NCBI GenBank assembly: GCA_905178155.1
Contig: CAJINV010000009.1
Coordinates: 3,280,768-3,344,767, forward strand
Origin: Amoebophrya sp. A120
Lineage: Eukaryota > Protista > Dinoflagellata
Length of the DNA stretch: 64,000 nt
Direction: 5' to 3'
The translations under genes were made by a program, and so were the position numbers. Below are positions 26,257-39,837 of the stretch, piece after piece; position 1 is the stretch's first letter; every line of letters starts with the position of its first letter. Below the pieces are notes generated by a model. That model worked only from the letters and a program-made list of their open reading frames with translations, was not told the DNA's origin and ran no database searches.

Positions 26257-27549
26257 AGAATGAAAGAGGAGGATGATAAAGTCTCGGTATTTCATTCAAA
26301 ATACTTTATTTCCTTGTTTGGTTCTTTCTGGCAATAAAAATAGATGCTTGTTAATAATATCTTTCCACGTGGCGTTGGTGCGGTAGAAGGGCCACCGAGG
26401 GTCATCAAGATCCACTCTGAGTGCAGTTTACAAGGGATGAATTTGGTCCGACAGAAATCGAAATGTATGTTGACTGCACGACGGCATAGAAAACATTGCT
26501 TTGCAGGTACAACTACTCACCAGCGAAGATGAAACTACACCTGTAACGAAACGTCGACGGAACTTCAAAAAACGCGAAAAGTGCCGAGCTCCGCTGAAGA
26601 ATTATCTCCAGTCAATTGGGAGAAGCGGGTGCGAGTTGCTTCCAAACAACAGATTTAACGTACACGGTCTAAAAATAATTTTTGCGGTATTTTATTATTC
26701 CGTGTGTCGACCACAGTGCAGCAAAAGACTTTTAGCAAAAGAGAAGGAACAGTACACAAAACTTTTTTGAGTAGTATTTCTTGAAAACACAATGTGCTGT
26801 CCTAATTGATGTCCAGCGACTTCTACTGGTCGCACCATAACAAGGTGATTGATGTCCCCTGGCAGTCGGGAAACTGCAGGAATCCGATAGGATGAATTCA
26901 ATCCTATCTGCCGAAGATGCGAACAAACTCATTTTTTTGACCGATAACTTTTTCTTTTTGCGCCGAGGAAAAATGAATAACGGTAAACAAGGCCGTGCGT
27001 ATTTTCTTTCGCCAGATGCAGATGCTGGCTAGGCTTGGAACTGAGTCTGTTCAAGCGATAATTCCACTGTCACGAGCAAAGATCAACTGCTTTACGAACA
27101 TGTTCACATTAATATAGTGTCTGTGCTGCTGCTGCTTTTTCTCAAGGAAGACACCGTAATTGTGTTGATCCTGCGTTTAGCAACAGAAAGCGTATGGTAT
27201 CTCGGAGGCTCGCGCTCTGAACTTCAGTGGAGATGAAGAAGCGCGTGATGCGTTATTCTGATTCTTGTTCAAGTACTGACATGCACCAGTAGCGTGTGAT
27301 CGGAAGACAAGGCTTAATTATGGACACATGTTTTTATAAAGGAACATGAACCAACCAATTCGAGACATGATTTCGTCGATAGAAGAGTCACATTATTTCG
27401 CGGAAAAAACGAAAAAGTACGTAAATTTTGGTAGTACAACACCAGTATCAGTATCAACACCCGTCTTCTAATTATTGATTTGTCGCATTTTTTATCGCCT
27501 TTTTTTTCAATTCGTTTTCGTCCAATACGAACATCACACCAACACCAGA

Positions 27550-30101
27550 ATGATGCCGACCGGCGCCAGCAACAAGATCAGTTTCACTTTCGGTCGATTG
27601 ACCAGCGCCGGCGCGGCAAAGGTCTGGGCGCCGGGAAAGGCCACCGCCCCCGCGCCGAACCGAAATGGGTCCACGACGACTCCCAACAATGCTGGAACGG
27701 TTGTTCCTGTGGTGCAGCAAGAAGTTGTGGCTGAAAACCAAATTCTTGCGCTGGAACATCAAGCAGGAGGGGATGCTGGTCGTACTACTGCCACTGGTAA
27801 TGTAGCAACTGCTACATCCTCTACAGGCGGAGATAAAAATGTCAACAATCACGTCCCACCAGAGCTGCAAGAACATCAGGCCACAACAACGTCATCTTTA
27901 AACACCCCCCGTGAAAAGAACCTCGCCGTGGTCCCCGCTACTTTGAAGATCCCTCCACCCGCCCGCCCGCCGCCCAGAGTGCGGACGAAGCGGAGTGGGT
28001 TTGACGTGGGGCCGGGCGGGGAGAAAGTAGTTGTCAACACGGAGAACAAGCAACAAGCGCAAAAGAACAACGGAGGCGGGACTCCTGACGAGGCGACGAT
28101 GAGCTCCGAGAAGGTATCAAACCACGAGAACAAGAGGCAAAATCGTGTCACAACGGTGCAAACGCCTGCTCCTCCACCACCTGCCGCCACGGGCAATGCG
28201 GGACCGCGGGCGAATGTTTCGTCTAGCAAAAATAACGTGGCGCCAACAAACTCGGTTCGTGAGGACGGGAAAATATTAACTCAGACCGCTGGGAACAACG
28301 AGTCTGCAAAGACGTCATCTTTGTCCTTACAAAAGAACACGTCGGTTGTTGTACCTGCTCCGCCCCCACCTCCTCCGCCCCCACCTCCTCCGCCAGCCGC
28401 TAAACCGCCTACTTCTACGCCCGTCGCAACGACCTACGATCCGGTGAAAACTGCGGAGCTGATCGCACACCTTGAGCAGGACATCGGGCCCAAGTGGAAC
28501 TGGATGAAGGAATTACTCTGGAACCGCAACCGATGCATCCCGAACTCTGCCCCGACGCCGGACAACTTGCCCCGATCTCCGAACGAACTTTTGGATTACG
28601 TTTTCCACATGATTTTCGACATTCACGAGCGGATCAAGCAGGAGTACTCGCTGGAGGAGTTACCGGGGTATCAAATGTAAAAATGTCTGGGTCTGGAAGA
28701 ATCCGAACTTGTGATGCGTGTTGCGGATCATACAAAAGTCTGTGTTGCATGACTTGCAAAAGGTCCCACTTCTATCCATGTTGAGAAGGCATTTCTCATG
28801 CAGAATAGGCCGCACCAAGGGGCTGCAGAACCTGTGATGCTAGGCCCTGCATTCCAGACCTGGCGGAGCTTGAAAAACTGCATGACAAATCTCGGAATCT
28901 TCCAGACCCAGACATTTTTGCATTTGATACGGGGGAATGGATGTACATTTCGGGCATCAAAACCAACCCGAAAATTGACCCGAAAAAGATGTACTACTAC
29001 AACCTCGTGCGGCAATTTGTCACGTTGGAGCGGAAGGCGGTTTTTCTCGATCCGTCGAATTACAATAACCTTCCCCACGCGGTGAAGCGGATCCCCTTGG
29101 GGATTTTCGAGGCGTTCAAGGCACAGGCGAACCACTTGGCGCTGAATATGAACGTCAATAGGAGGTGGGCCCCCTCGTTCTCCTCATTGGATGTGGGCGG
29201 CTGCATTGAGCAGCAAGAACACAAGCAACCGCACGACATCCTGACACGAAAAAGAACTGCTGTAGTGTGTCATGCCAATTAGGTGTGGGAGGCACCGAGA
29301 GCACACTGAACACTTTTGCATGGCGAATTCTGTTGGGGAACGGAAAGAAAATTGCGGCGCACTTCACTTGTGTTTAGCATGACAAAGGACAGGGATGAGG
29401 GGGAATTGTGCACTGTGATACTCCGTCCGAGGAATGCTGAGGGAAGCAGTAGTAGCAGTTGTTCTTCAACCATTGGAGGTTGTAGCACTGCTTCCGCGGC
29501 GTTGGCGAAAGTAAACGGAGAGCATGCAGGTACCGGAGATGTTGGTGGCGGACGAGAAATATTAGACGGAACAAGTACAACCAGAAAGAACATCAAGCAA
29601 CAAGCCGAAGTAAAGAAGACGAAGCCGTCACCGACGCTGCTGCAAATCCACCCGGGAGAGTTTGATGACGAAGATGGTAATAACGGTGAAAAGGAGTCCG
29701 AGTCTAATGTGGTCAAGAAGCAAATGCAATTGCAAAGCCAAACTACGCCAAAATCAAGCGCCGCTCTGACCCCACTTCCGAAAAGTGTAGGAACCACGTC
29801 GAGAAATGCAGCTGCGCCGGCTCCGCGGCCGCGTCCACCTTCTTCCGCTTTCAACGTTTTGGAGGACATCCGAAATAAAATCCTCGCGGGCAAGAGAGCA
29901 GAACTGGAAAACCGCATTCGCAACAACGTTTTAGCGGGTCGGAATCGCCGGGTGTGGGGGCCGCAAGGTGGGGAGAATAGTAGTTCATCCACCGGGAATA
30001 GTATTAACGCAGACAATGGAGGAGGGGATGGGGATGCTAGTGCTGCGGGTGGTGGGCAATCTGTCATGCCGGAGGCAAAACGCCTGAAGAGAGGCGAATA
30101 G
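27550..30101 (+). CDS. Proline-rich protein with WW-like domain; exons 27550-28668, 28935-~29200, ~29421-30101
   Basis: EELPG|EWMYISG...KMYYYNL after introner removal; poly-Pro tract. The donor of the last intron is unresolved. Confidence 0.7.
28669..28929. mobile_element. Introner family A (opposite orientation to 18768), DR cgggg
   Basis: Near-perfect family A TIR; the interior gatgctaggccctgcattccagacc matches the reverse complement of the 18768 and 25110 interiors. Confidence 0.92.
29265..29420. mobile_element. Truncated introner family D (right end only)
   Basis: gcatgacaa...atgagggggaattgtgcactgtgata matches the right TIR of the 22045 element; no left TIR found, so the start is approximate. 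Confidence 0.6.
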
Positions 30102-30459
30102 AGGAAAGGCGCACTTCTTACCTGCTTCAAGCGGTCATTCATGATTAGCCAAGGGGCTGTGTCGTGTGCAGTCCTACTGAGAAGAGAATTTTTCAGACAC
30201 CTATTTGATTTTCCACAATTTTGAGACGTTGCTGCTGTTAGGTTTCGGACAGAAGGTTCCGAAGTTCTGTTGTGTTGCAGCAAACACCTATTCCGATTTC
30301 AAAGACACGAAGAAAAGAAGGATATATCTCCGAACTCATGTCGATGTCCACGACCAATCGGATTTGGAATTGCAGACGCTGCCGCTGCAGTTGTTCTGCG
30401 TGTTCGTCTGTTTTTCAAACCTTATAATAGGATGAAGCAAGGAGCGCACATTCTCAGGG

Positions 30460-31800
30460 GCGGAATTTTGGAAAGTGCTTAGCGGGTTGGCGAGTGCTTG
30501 CAAGTGGGCGCCGCCGATAGGGATAACGGGCAAGCAGCTGCGCCAGCACTTGGCGAGGATGAACGCGGAAGCCGCAGGGATGGACGGCGTCCGGTTGAAG
30601 GTTTTCAAGGCGCTAACAGCCGACCAGTGCGATAGCCTGGCGCGCGGGCGCGTGCGCTTCCTCGCACAGGTAAGCCGGGAGGCTGCCCGACCTTCAGAAG
30701 CGGAAGACGAAGCGCATCCTGGCGGCCTTGCGCCAATTTCATCAACTACCGCGGCGCCTCCGCGTGCCCCCCCCGCGAATTCGTCACGGGATTGCTGCTC
30801 TGCGAAGAGTGGAGGACGCTGGGCCCGGGGTGGGGAAACAAAACGGAAGCCCCGGCGCACGCGGCGCGGGGCGCCGCCGCACCACCGACCGGCCGCGGCA
30901 CGAGCGAAGGCGCCCGGCGAGGCGGTGCCCCGCGTTGACAGCTGGCAGTGGGCCGCCGGGCTGCTTGGTACGTAGCTGAGTCCGACGCGTGGCCACCAAG
31001 CAGGCGCCCGGTGGCGGCCTGCTATAATCTGCGCGCCCCCCTCTTCGCGGCGGCAGTGTCTGGCGCCTTGGCCGTTGCGAGGCTCGGGAGGGCGGGCCTG
31101 CACACGCGCCGCGCCTTTTGCCCCTGACAGACTGTTGTGGCGGCAACATCTCCCCGGCGAAGGACGGGCGGGCCGGTCGCTGCCCAAGTCTACGATGGGG
31201 CGCATTGGTTCGCCTCCAAGCACGGAAGGAAGCAGTGCAGCAACGGATGCGGGGCCGCGGCGAGATACAACGGGCCGGCCAAGGGCTCTGCGGGCGGCCG
31301 GTAGCGTATTACCCCCGCGCACCCCCATAGCGTGGAACTTAATCAGGTTCGGGCCCTGCCGCTCGCTGGTCAAGTTCAGGCCCAAGGAGGAGCGGCAGTG
31401 GCATCCCGGCCCGGTGCGCCCTTTGGCAGTCTTCTCCCTGCCCCGCACCCGTTTCCGACCGGAGCTGGTGGAGGCGCCGCGCCTGCGCTGCCTAACCGGG
31501 GCGGGCCTTTCCGGGCGCCCGCGAAGCTTTTCGGGCGCCTGCTTTGCCCCGCTATTGTGGCCACCCGGGGGCGGTCTGTTATGATCTGCGCGCGCGCCCC
31601 GCGGTGGGAGTTCGTGGCGCGCTGGGTTTTTTGGCCCTTGGCGAGTTCGAGGCAGGCCACGCTTCCCGCCACCTTGCAGGGGGCCGCGTGTGAAGCCTCA
31701 GCCCTGCCTCTCCGGCGTGACGCAGTTTTCTTCTTATCGTGTGAAGCGATGGCACAGCCCCCAATCGGTCTGCCATTATCGTAGAGTAGCGAGGCGGTTT
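30460..31800 (+). mobile_element. Decayed, GC-rich non-LTR (LINE-like) reverse transcriptase relic
   Basis: PPIGITGKQLRQHLARMNAEAAGMDGVRLKVFKALT resembles the conserved pre-RT 'IT..E...L..M....A.G.DG...E..K.L' block. Eroded PIS, Q.G..G and GIP motifs follow in shifting frames. Confidence 0.5.
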
Positions 31801-32584
31801 CTTGCACAGGGCAAGGGCGGAGGTGTTGTTCGATATCTCGTGCGAATGTGTCGAATATGAAAAGCAAATCTTAAGATTGCAAAACAAAAAACAGCAAGGC
31901 TCTCATCGGTCTATGATTTTTTGTGTTAGTCCACTCAAACTAGTAGATAAGCTGGCTATACTAGCATGCGTGCCATGTTTACCTCTTCTGCGTCCAAATT
32001 TCCTCAAGTCTTGATTTTCAGAGCCTTTGCTCAGTTTACTTAGCCGAGAGGAAAAGACCAGCAGAGGCTCTTACTGCACAAGGTGGAGAGAGGAGTGCGC
32101 ACTGGATGCTAGCATGCAAGTTTGAACAGCCAATGCCAAAGAGAGTGTCTGTGTCTGTCGTTTCTACAAATTTATCACATTTGGCTCGAAGTGGCATTTC
32201 CATTTTTTTAATTTTGATGTCACTAACAACGTCAAAACAGTGAAACCTTTTTTTTTTCGTTTTGTGCGCAAGAGCTACCCACTGAAAGTATTGATCGACA
32301 CCAGTCGAATCCATAGCAGTAGTATTTCTACATCTACACCCACGTAGGCGTAGTTTTGAAATCCAGTGTCGAATAGCGTACATAGGCCTGAGCGCCTTGA
32401 CTTTTTTTCGCGTAGACACCAGGCAGAGTCCCATTCCATTCATGATTTTGTGTAAAAACGAAAACACCACATCCACTACGAGTAGTATAAGTTTACGTTT
32501 TTTGCAATAGAGAACTACCCACTGACAAATTGCAATTCTTCCTCGCGGCCGTGCTTTTCGCCCCCAGCGCCGCAGCCTAGCATC

Positions 32585-34128
32585 ATGAACGTTCTGCAGA
32601 ATTACAACACGCGGTCGAATCCCTACCCCGCAACCTCCTCCTCTTCCTCCACCGCAACGCAAAGAAACGTCGCCTTTCCCGAGCCCTTCATCTGTCCTTT
32701 AGGTGGGAGCCTCCTTTGCGATCCGGTGATCGCCATGGACGGCTATTCGTACGAAAGAAACAACATTCTCCGCTATTTCCAACAGGAACGGCAATACGGT
32801 GCTGGTGCAGCAACTTCTTCCTCATCAACTACCCAGCAGGTGTGTTACCGCAGTCCGAAAACTGGTCAGGAACTCCCGTCAAATTTTCTGATCGCCAACC
32901 TGAACCTGCGAAAAGCGATTGACTACTGGCTGGCGACCAATCACAACATGTACACCGGGGGAGGTGGGGCTGGGCCCGCGGGGATGAATCCGCGCAATCC
33001 ACCGCCAATAAACAACAACTTTGACTTCGCCGCGATGCCCCCGAACTGTACTCCTGTGCACCTGCAAGAGATCAACGCTTATGTGGTTGGTGTGCCGACG
33101 GATGAAGCGGGGGTGGTGTTGGATGAGTCGAAAAAGTTTTCCGAGCAGGTGCTACTAGGGCATATCATTGACGAAAAACACACGTGGCGGTACGCCTGGG
33201 ATACAGTGAAGTCCGGGGCGGGGAAACACAAACTGCAGTTTGAATGCAACAACTGGGTATACTTTTTCTTGTTACTAGTACGTGCCAGATAGTACATAGA
33301 TAGCAGACGAGTTTTCGAAGACTCGGCTCTTTGTTAGGCAAAGAACACTCTACCTGAGCGGCCTGAAGATGATGACCATGACGTCATCAGATGAAAATCT
33401 TCTCACCACAGATCGCCCGTCGCGGATCTCCTTCCGGCGCAGCAGCAGCAGCCTCTTCCACCACCACCGCCCCCTCCTCTGAATTTTCCCAAGACCAGCA
33501 GTCCCTAGACGGTCTTACCCTGCTCTCCAGCCGGCCGATCCGCGTTCGTTTCGGGGAGACGATGGAATGCCACGTGAAAATCCTGGAGATTTCGAAACAG
33601 ACCACCTGGGGCGGCATGAAAATTGGCTTAGTGCCGGAAACCTCCACGTCGTTACTAACCTCCGAAAACTTGTTTCAGGCGATTGACGACCGCGGGTTTT
33701 ATTTCGACGACCAGAGATGGTTTAAAGTGCCGGACGGGGGCAATCAATTGACCAGCTTCAACTCCGCTGCTTTGAAGGAGAACGACGTCTTGTCGCTTTT
33801 TCTCACCAACGACGGGAAAACTATCCATTTGTTCGTGACGCCCGGAGGAGTTGTAGCAGGGGGCGCATCAGCAGGACCTGCACAAGGTGCGTACGCGACG
33901 CCGAGGCCTCAACAGATCACGGTGGAAGACGTGAATATTCCGCTGTTTTTGGAGAAGCAGTTCTACACGTCGAGTAGCAGTTCGAATAACCCGCGACTCA
34001 GCCCCTCGGCGGGCGGTACCAACTTGTATCCGTTCGTGATACTGAGCGGGAACTGCGAGGGCGTGGAAATTGGGGTCGGGAGACCAAATGATCTGGTGCT
34101 GCCCGAAGGGTGCGGACTGAACTATTGA
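32585..34128 (+). CDS. U-box domain protein (putative E3 ligase) with NHR/SPRY-like C-terminus; exons 32585-33256, 33412-34128
   Basis: PEPFICPLGGSLLCDPVIAMDGYSYERNNI...SPKTGQEL...LIANLNLRKAI is a typical U-box; GT-AG intron 33257-33411. Confidence 0.85.
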
Positions 34129-34935
34129 CTCAATCAGTGCAAGAACGCGGTTCATTCGCATTCCTGATGAAAAGTATAGCATCTATTCACAGGAGTGACA
34201 GTGAGTGGTGAAAGACAAAACAAAGTGGAATGCCCCATTTCGCAGCAGTTTCTATTTCTTGGCGGTGCCGCGAATAGGAGAGCAGAAGAAGAAAACAGAG
34301 ATTGTTCCACTTACCTTGTTCCGACAAAGAAAAGGATCACAATGGCTTTGCACAGTTCATCAAAGCTCAGTTGAAAATTCTTGCGAAAAATTGTTTTGGA
34401 TCATCTTTTACCTAGGACACTGTATATAAAGACGCGCTGCTGCGGAATTGAGCTGGTATTTTGATCTACCATGCAGTACAGGTTCGAAATAAATAAAATG
34501 AAGATCATTCGTCCTGCGCTCGCAATGCGGACCAGATCTTCAAAAGTTGAGAATTTGTGGCTCCAGAGTAAGTTCTTGACAGTGATCTGGTTTCTGGCAC
34601 GACAATTGGAAAAGCGCGACTACAGTGGATCCGCACAGTTGTTTTCTTTCAGAAATTCCGCTACTTTAATCTTATTCACCAACAGGCTGGGATGAAGAGG
34701 CAGTTCAGGTTTTCGCAGCCCATACTGTAATTTTTTCGTATGTGCTTAAGCGAATCACGACTTCTATTTTTTAGGCTTAGGCATGCTTATTTTCTTTAGT
34801 TGAAGTGAAGGGCTAGTTCATCCCTTGTACGTATCAAAGCACATCAGCGAAATTATTTCCTAGAGCGACAGAGAGTAGAAATGTTAACAACTTTCCATAC
34901 CTACAAGTCAGTTGCTTGAAGAGAAGTAGATCAAG

Positions 34936-37900
34936 ATGGAACACAAAGAGAATAAACCCACCGCAAGAAGCTGCTCCAGCAGTAGCAGCAGTACCCTGGC
35001 AGAGCCCACAGTACCCGCAAAGGCTTCTTCCTCTTCCTCCTCTAGCTTCCTTCTTCCCGACGCTGGTGCGTCTGCCTCGTCTAGCTCTACACGTCGAGAT
35101 CACGACGCTAACGCCAGCAGTGTGAAAAAGACAAAAAAGAGCAAGAAGAAAGATAAACACCGAAGCAAGACGTCAGATTCAAAGCGAGTCAGCAGTACCG
35201 AAAAAGCAGAATTCCGGAACACCGGATTAGGCGGAATTGCAGCGAGCGCTAGCGTTCTTTCTAGAAACCTAAACCGCGACGAAAAAGTCGATAGTGAAGA
35301 CGACGAGGACGACGACGATATCGTCGACTTACAAAACATCTCTGACGAGGAGGAAGAGCCCGATTCCGAAGAGCTTTTCCAGGATTTCTCCGAAGCCGAG
35401 TCCATTTCCGAGAACGACAGCGATTTAATACGCGAGTGCGAGGAGGCGGATAGATTGAACCGAGAGGAGGAAGAGGCGGCGATTGCCGCCGGGGAGGTGG
35501 ACGATATTGAGGGAAATGATGAGGAGAATGATAATTCTTCCGAGGATGACAAGCAAACGGTGCCTAGTTCGGAAGATCGGGAAGACGAAGACCGCGATTT
35601 GAGCGATTTGGTCGTGGACGACGACGATGCAGACAGCGAGGAAGAGGAAGACAGTTCTTCCGAAGAGGTACCAAGCGAGTTCCTAGAAGAAGACGAGCAC
35701 CCATTGTCCCGCAACATGAAAGAAATTGTCAGGAGGGGGTTGCAAGAATCTCAAGATACAGCAGCCCGCGCGACTACCATGACAACTGGGGATAATGTTA
35801 AAGCGACGGTGGAAAATAAAAGAACAGAAGGTGGTTTCCAACAAGAACCACCTGGGAACAATTCTACTACTACTACTACTGCTGGAACTACTTCGTCCTC
35901 TTCCGGAAAGACGAGCTGTGCCTTCAGCGCAGGGGTTTTCCCTACTGCGAACAAGGAGATTAAGGGGAGTCGGCGGCAATCTGCCGCGCGCCCTCCGAGG
36001 ACTACTGTCTCCACGAAGGAGAGCTTCCGGATTTTTCAACCGGAAATTGAAGTGGAGGATTCGGACGAGGAGGAAGAGGAAGAGGACTGCGACGAAGAGG
36101 AGGAAATAAGCTACGTAGGTGCTATGTCTATACCTTCTGACAGTCTGTGCTCGAATTACGATAGTGGGGAAGGGGATAGTGCGCTGGAGCAACTGAGCTT
36201 GAGCAACGGAGAGGAGAATACTAAATCGGGAAGAAATAAAGGCTCGTCTTCATCTGCTGGGGAGAAAAAGAAGAGAAACAACGACGACGAAAATAAAGCG
36301 TATGCGAAGATGAAAAAACACGACGAAAAAACATTGGCCATGATAAAGCGGAGAGGCGAAAAAACGGTCGATAAGATCGAAGCGGCCGTCGACAGGCTCT
36401 ATGAGATGTTGCCAGGTATGGAGTTAGTACTGAGGTCCACCACGTCCACCTGCAGTTTTGGGAATAATTATGTGAAAAATAAGATGAAACTCAAACTCTG
36501 AAAGCGAAAGGATGTTGCTTGAGTCAATGTTGTACGATATTTCTAAGCCCTGGTTGTTGTTGTAAAAAATTCTTCAGAGCCTCCCGAGCCACGCGTGGTC
36601 GCAAAAAGCGCCGCAAATCGTATAAAACGAACATAACCATCAATACAGGTCCTCCCTCTGCTCCAACTGGTTCTTCGAGGAAAGTAGACGAGAAGCCAGC
36701 ACCGGTGTTGACCTATCCAAGTCAAAGTAGTAAGCAGTCGGATGTTGTTGAAAAGGAGTCGCAGTCGGATAATTTCCAAGCGCCGAAGCGGAGAAAAAAG
36801 CTGATCAGCCGGAGCAGCGACGAAGAGGACGAGGAGCCTGTGAAAATAAAATCTTCCTCTTCTACTACGAAAAATATTAAAACCGGCGACGCAACCACTG
36901 CGAGCAGTCCTGCTTGTTCAACATCCAAAGAAGCTGCCGGAGAACAGAAGAATACCAAGAGGAAGAACAAGTTGATCAGCCGTAGTGACGATGAGGAGTC
37001 GGACCACAACAACCGTGGCTGCAACGACGTTGAAAACATCAAGACTACAAGAACACTCGTAGAGGGACAGCACACCGCCTGTCCGGAAATTGAAGCGGAG
37101 ATTTCAGACGAGGAGGAAGAGGAGGATTCAGACGAGGATGCTCCTTCTAGCAGTTGTCCTAGCGAAGAAGAACACTACGATTGTTCAGGGAACAGTTGCG
37201 CGGGCGGGTCAATCACAAATTACTCGAATGATCCGAGTTCCTCTCCGGTCGGGGGGGCCGCGGAGGGAAAAACCACGAGGGGTAGTTCATCTTCGTGTAG
37301 TTTTCACGAAGGCCAGCATCTGAATGTGATGAACGACAACGAGAGGCGGGGACGTAGTAGCGGTTCTTCTAGTGAAGAAAAAAGGAGCAAAAATAAGCTC
37401 CAAGAACATCAACAACAGCAGCAGAAGTCTTCTACTACAACTACCTCCATGGTAACTACGTCCTGTTCCGAATATGAGGAGGAAGAGGAGGAGGACGACA
37501 GCCAGTTAAGCCGGCTGGAGTTTTCGTCTCTGGAAGAGGAAGATGAGGACGAAGAAATGGAAGAGGAAGACGACAATATCATGAACAGCAACAGGAGCGC
37601 TTTTGGTGGTGGTAGTGCTGCTGCTGCTGCATCAACTTCTGCGGGTATTAACTCAACCCTGAAGATGAAATCCAGAACAAAATCCGCTGCGAACAAGATG
37701 CTTTCAAAGAAAAGCGCTGCCGAGGAGCAAAACAGTTTTTGGGAGGATGAAGAAGAGGAGGACGATATTATCGACAGCTGTGACGAGAGAGAACAAAACG
37801 CCGAGCTTGATGGCAAAATTATGCTGAGCGACGATGCCAAAATCAGAGCCCCGCGACCGTCTGTAGCCTCTTCTGCGGACGAACAAGGGGAGGAAGATAA

Positions 37901-39078
37901 GAGCGACGTGCGTCGTGTTAATACCAAGAAGAAAAAGCTTTCCCTGGAGTCGCAGCTGGCGTCGCTGAAGCTTGACAATAACAGCAGCGTCGGGAGTTGT
38001 GAGGACAGTTCTTGTGATAAGAATCTGAGCGACGGAAAGAAAATGCAGCAGTCCGATACAAAATTGCTCTTAACCGATGAAACCGACCATGATGAGGTTC
38101 TTGAGGACTACGATCCGGACAATGCTCTCATCGACGAGAAACCCCGGGGCGTTTGCTACCTGGAACGTCTCCCGCCGTACATGCGGCCGGACAAGATGCG
38201 GCACTTACTGGACCAAGCGCTATCGACGAAAAACAGCGGGAATAAATCTGGCACTTCTTCGGATAACAAATTTTTCGTGTCCCGCATCTACCTCAAGCCG
38301 GAGACGGAACAGGAGGCGAAACACCGGAAGAAGGTCTTCAAGGGAAACCGGAAGGTGAAATACACGGAGGGCTGGGTCGAGTTTTATGACAAAAGGAAAG
38401 CGAAGAAAGCGGCGGATTGCCTCAACGCGACGCCGATTGGCGGGAAGAAACGACACAACTATTATCGGGACGACATGTGGAATATCAGGTATAGTGCGAT
38501 ACTGTACTTGCATAGTCAGATTTGTGTGACAGATAAAGGTGTCACTGTGTGGACGGCACGACAAATGTTTGCTCTCGAAGTTATTCCTGTTTTCATCAAC
38601 CCATGTTAAAAATCCCAGGTACCTGCACAAGTTTAAGTGGTCGCAGATTAAGCAAGAGGAGCGGTACAACCGGGAAGTCCGGAAGCAGAAATTGCAGCGC
38701 GAAACCGTGAAGGCGAAGAAGGAAAATGAATTTCTACTCGAGCAGGTGTTCAAGGAAAAAGTTGGAAAGAAAATCGCGGAGAAACGGGCGGGGAAGGTTG
38801 GTGGAGCAACGGTCGTGAAGACGAGCAATGACAAATCTGCTGCAGGAGAAGCTGTGAATCTGAATGATAAAACTGCCCCAGCCAGCGCCGGCACCAGCAC
38901 TGGTGCCAAAAGCAAAAAAGCGAGCAACAAACGTCGCATGAGTTCTTTGAATGCTGCTCGTGGTGGTGCAGCCGCGATGGCCGCTTCGTCGAATTGGGCA
39001 GCCTCCTCTTCGACTTCCGCGCCAGCTCTGAAAAAACCGAAAACCTTGTCCAGCTCGGTGCTTTCCGGGTTCCTGTGA
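34936..39078 (+). CDS. ESF2: Pre-rRNA processing protein ESF2/ABT1 with very long acidic N-terminal extension; exons 34936-36415, 36649-38488, 38619-39078
   Basis: GVCYLERLPPYM, RIYLKPE, YTEGWVEF, LNATPIGGKK and DDMWNIRYLHKFKW; GT-AG introns 36416-36648 and 38489-38618. Confidence 0.85.
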
Positions 39079-39837
39079 AGGGATTGAAGAAGCAACAACG
39101 GGAGGACGATCTGCAAAGTGTAACTTCAGAAAAATTTCACTCTGTATCTTCCCCTGAAAAAAACCTCGACAGCTGCATCCGACATTTTGCGTATGATATG
39201 GAAAAAGCGATAATGTACTTGCGATTATTATGTTTCCTACCGCCCGGGCCGATTGTTATTTTCGCGGCAAGCCGGCATATTGCGATTTCTTTTGCGCGTC
39301 CCATCACCTGCCGGTTATTTTTGTGTTCAGTTTATACTACTCGTTGTCGTACTCTTAGCAGCTATTCAAAAAAGCCAAGGGATGAAAGGCTACTAGGTCA
39401 CTGTGTTTTTTCCTTGTCTATAGCAGGCTGTAGTTCGCTCGTAACAAGAAGTAGGGAAAGATCCCAGGTGGAGATGGATCTCCCTGCTCGAACGGAAGAT
39501 GATCCAAGCCCAGAAGATCTGGCCAGGTTTATTCGAGCGTGGCTTTGTCCGATCTTCTCCACAGCGAGAAGAGGTACTACAGAGTGGCTGCAACAAACGA
39601 AGAAGAGAGCGGCTGGGAAGTCAGAGAGCGGCTCCGAAGGCTGAGGTTTTGTTGAGGGATCGTGCAATGTAATTAAGAAACTAGAACTACAGTTAGCCCT
39701 TTTTCATCGTGAAAACACGAGCAGAGTGGTTGATCAGTTGAAAGTAAGTAAAGTAGAGCATGATTTTCCGATTTTTGCGCTGTCGCCAACTACATCGTAT
39801 GTAGTTCTTCTCAACACCCGCCGAGAAGAAAAACAAG

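Noticed and set aside
35100-39116. Long minus-strand ORFs (also 7045-7854, 10770-11873, 29279-30283, 49081-49956)
   Set aside because: They are antisense shadows of low-complexity + strand exons.
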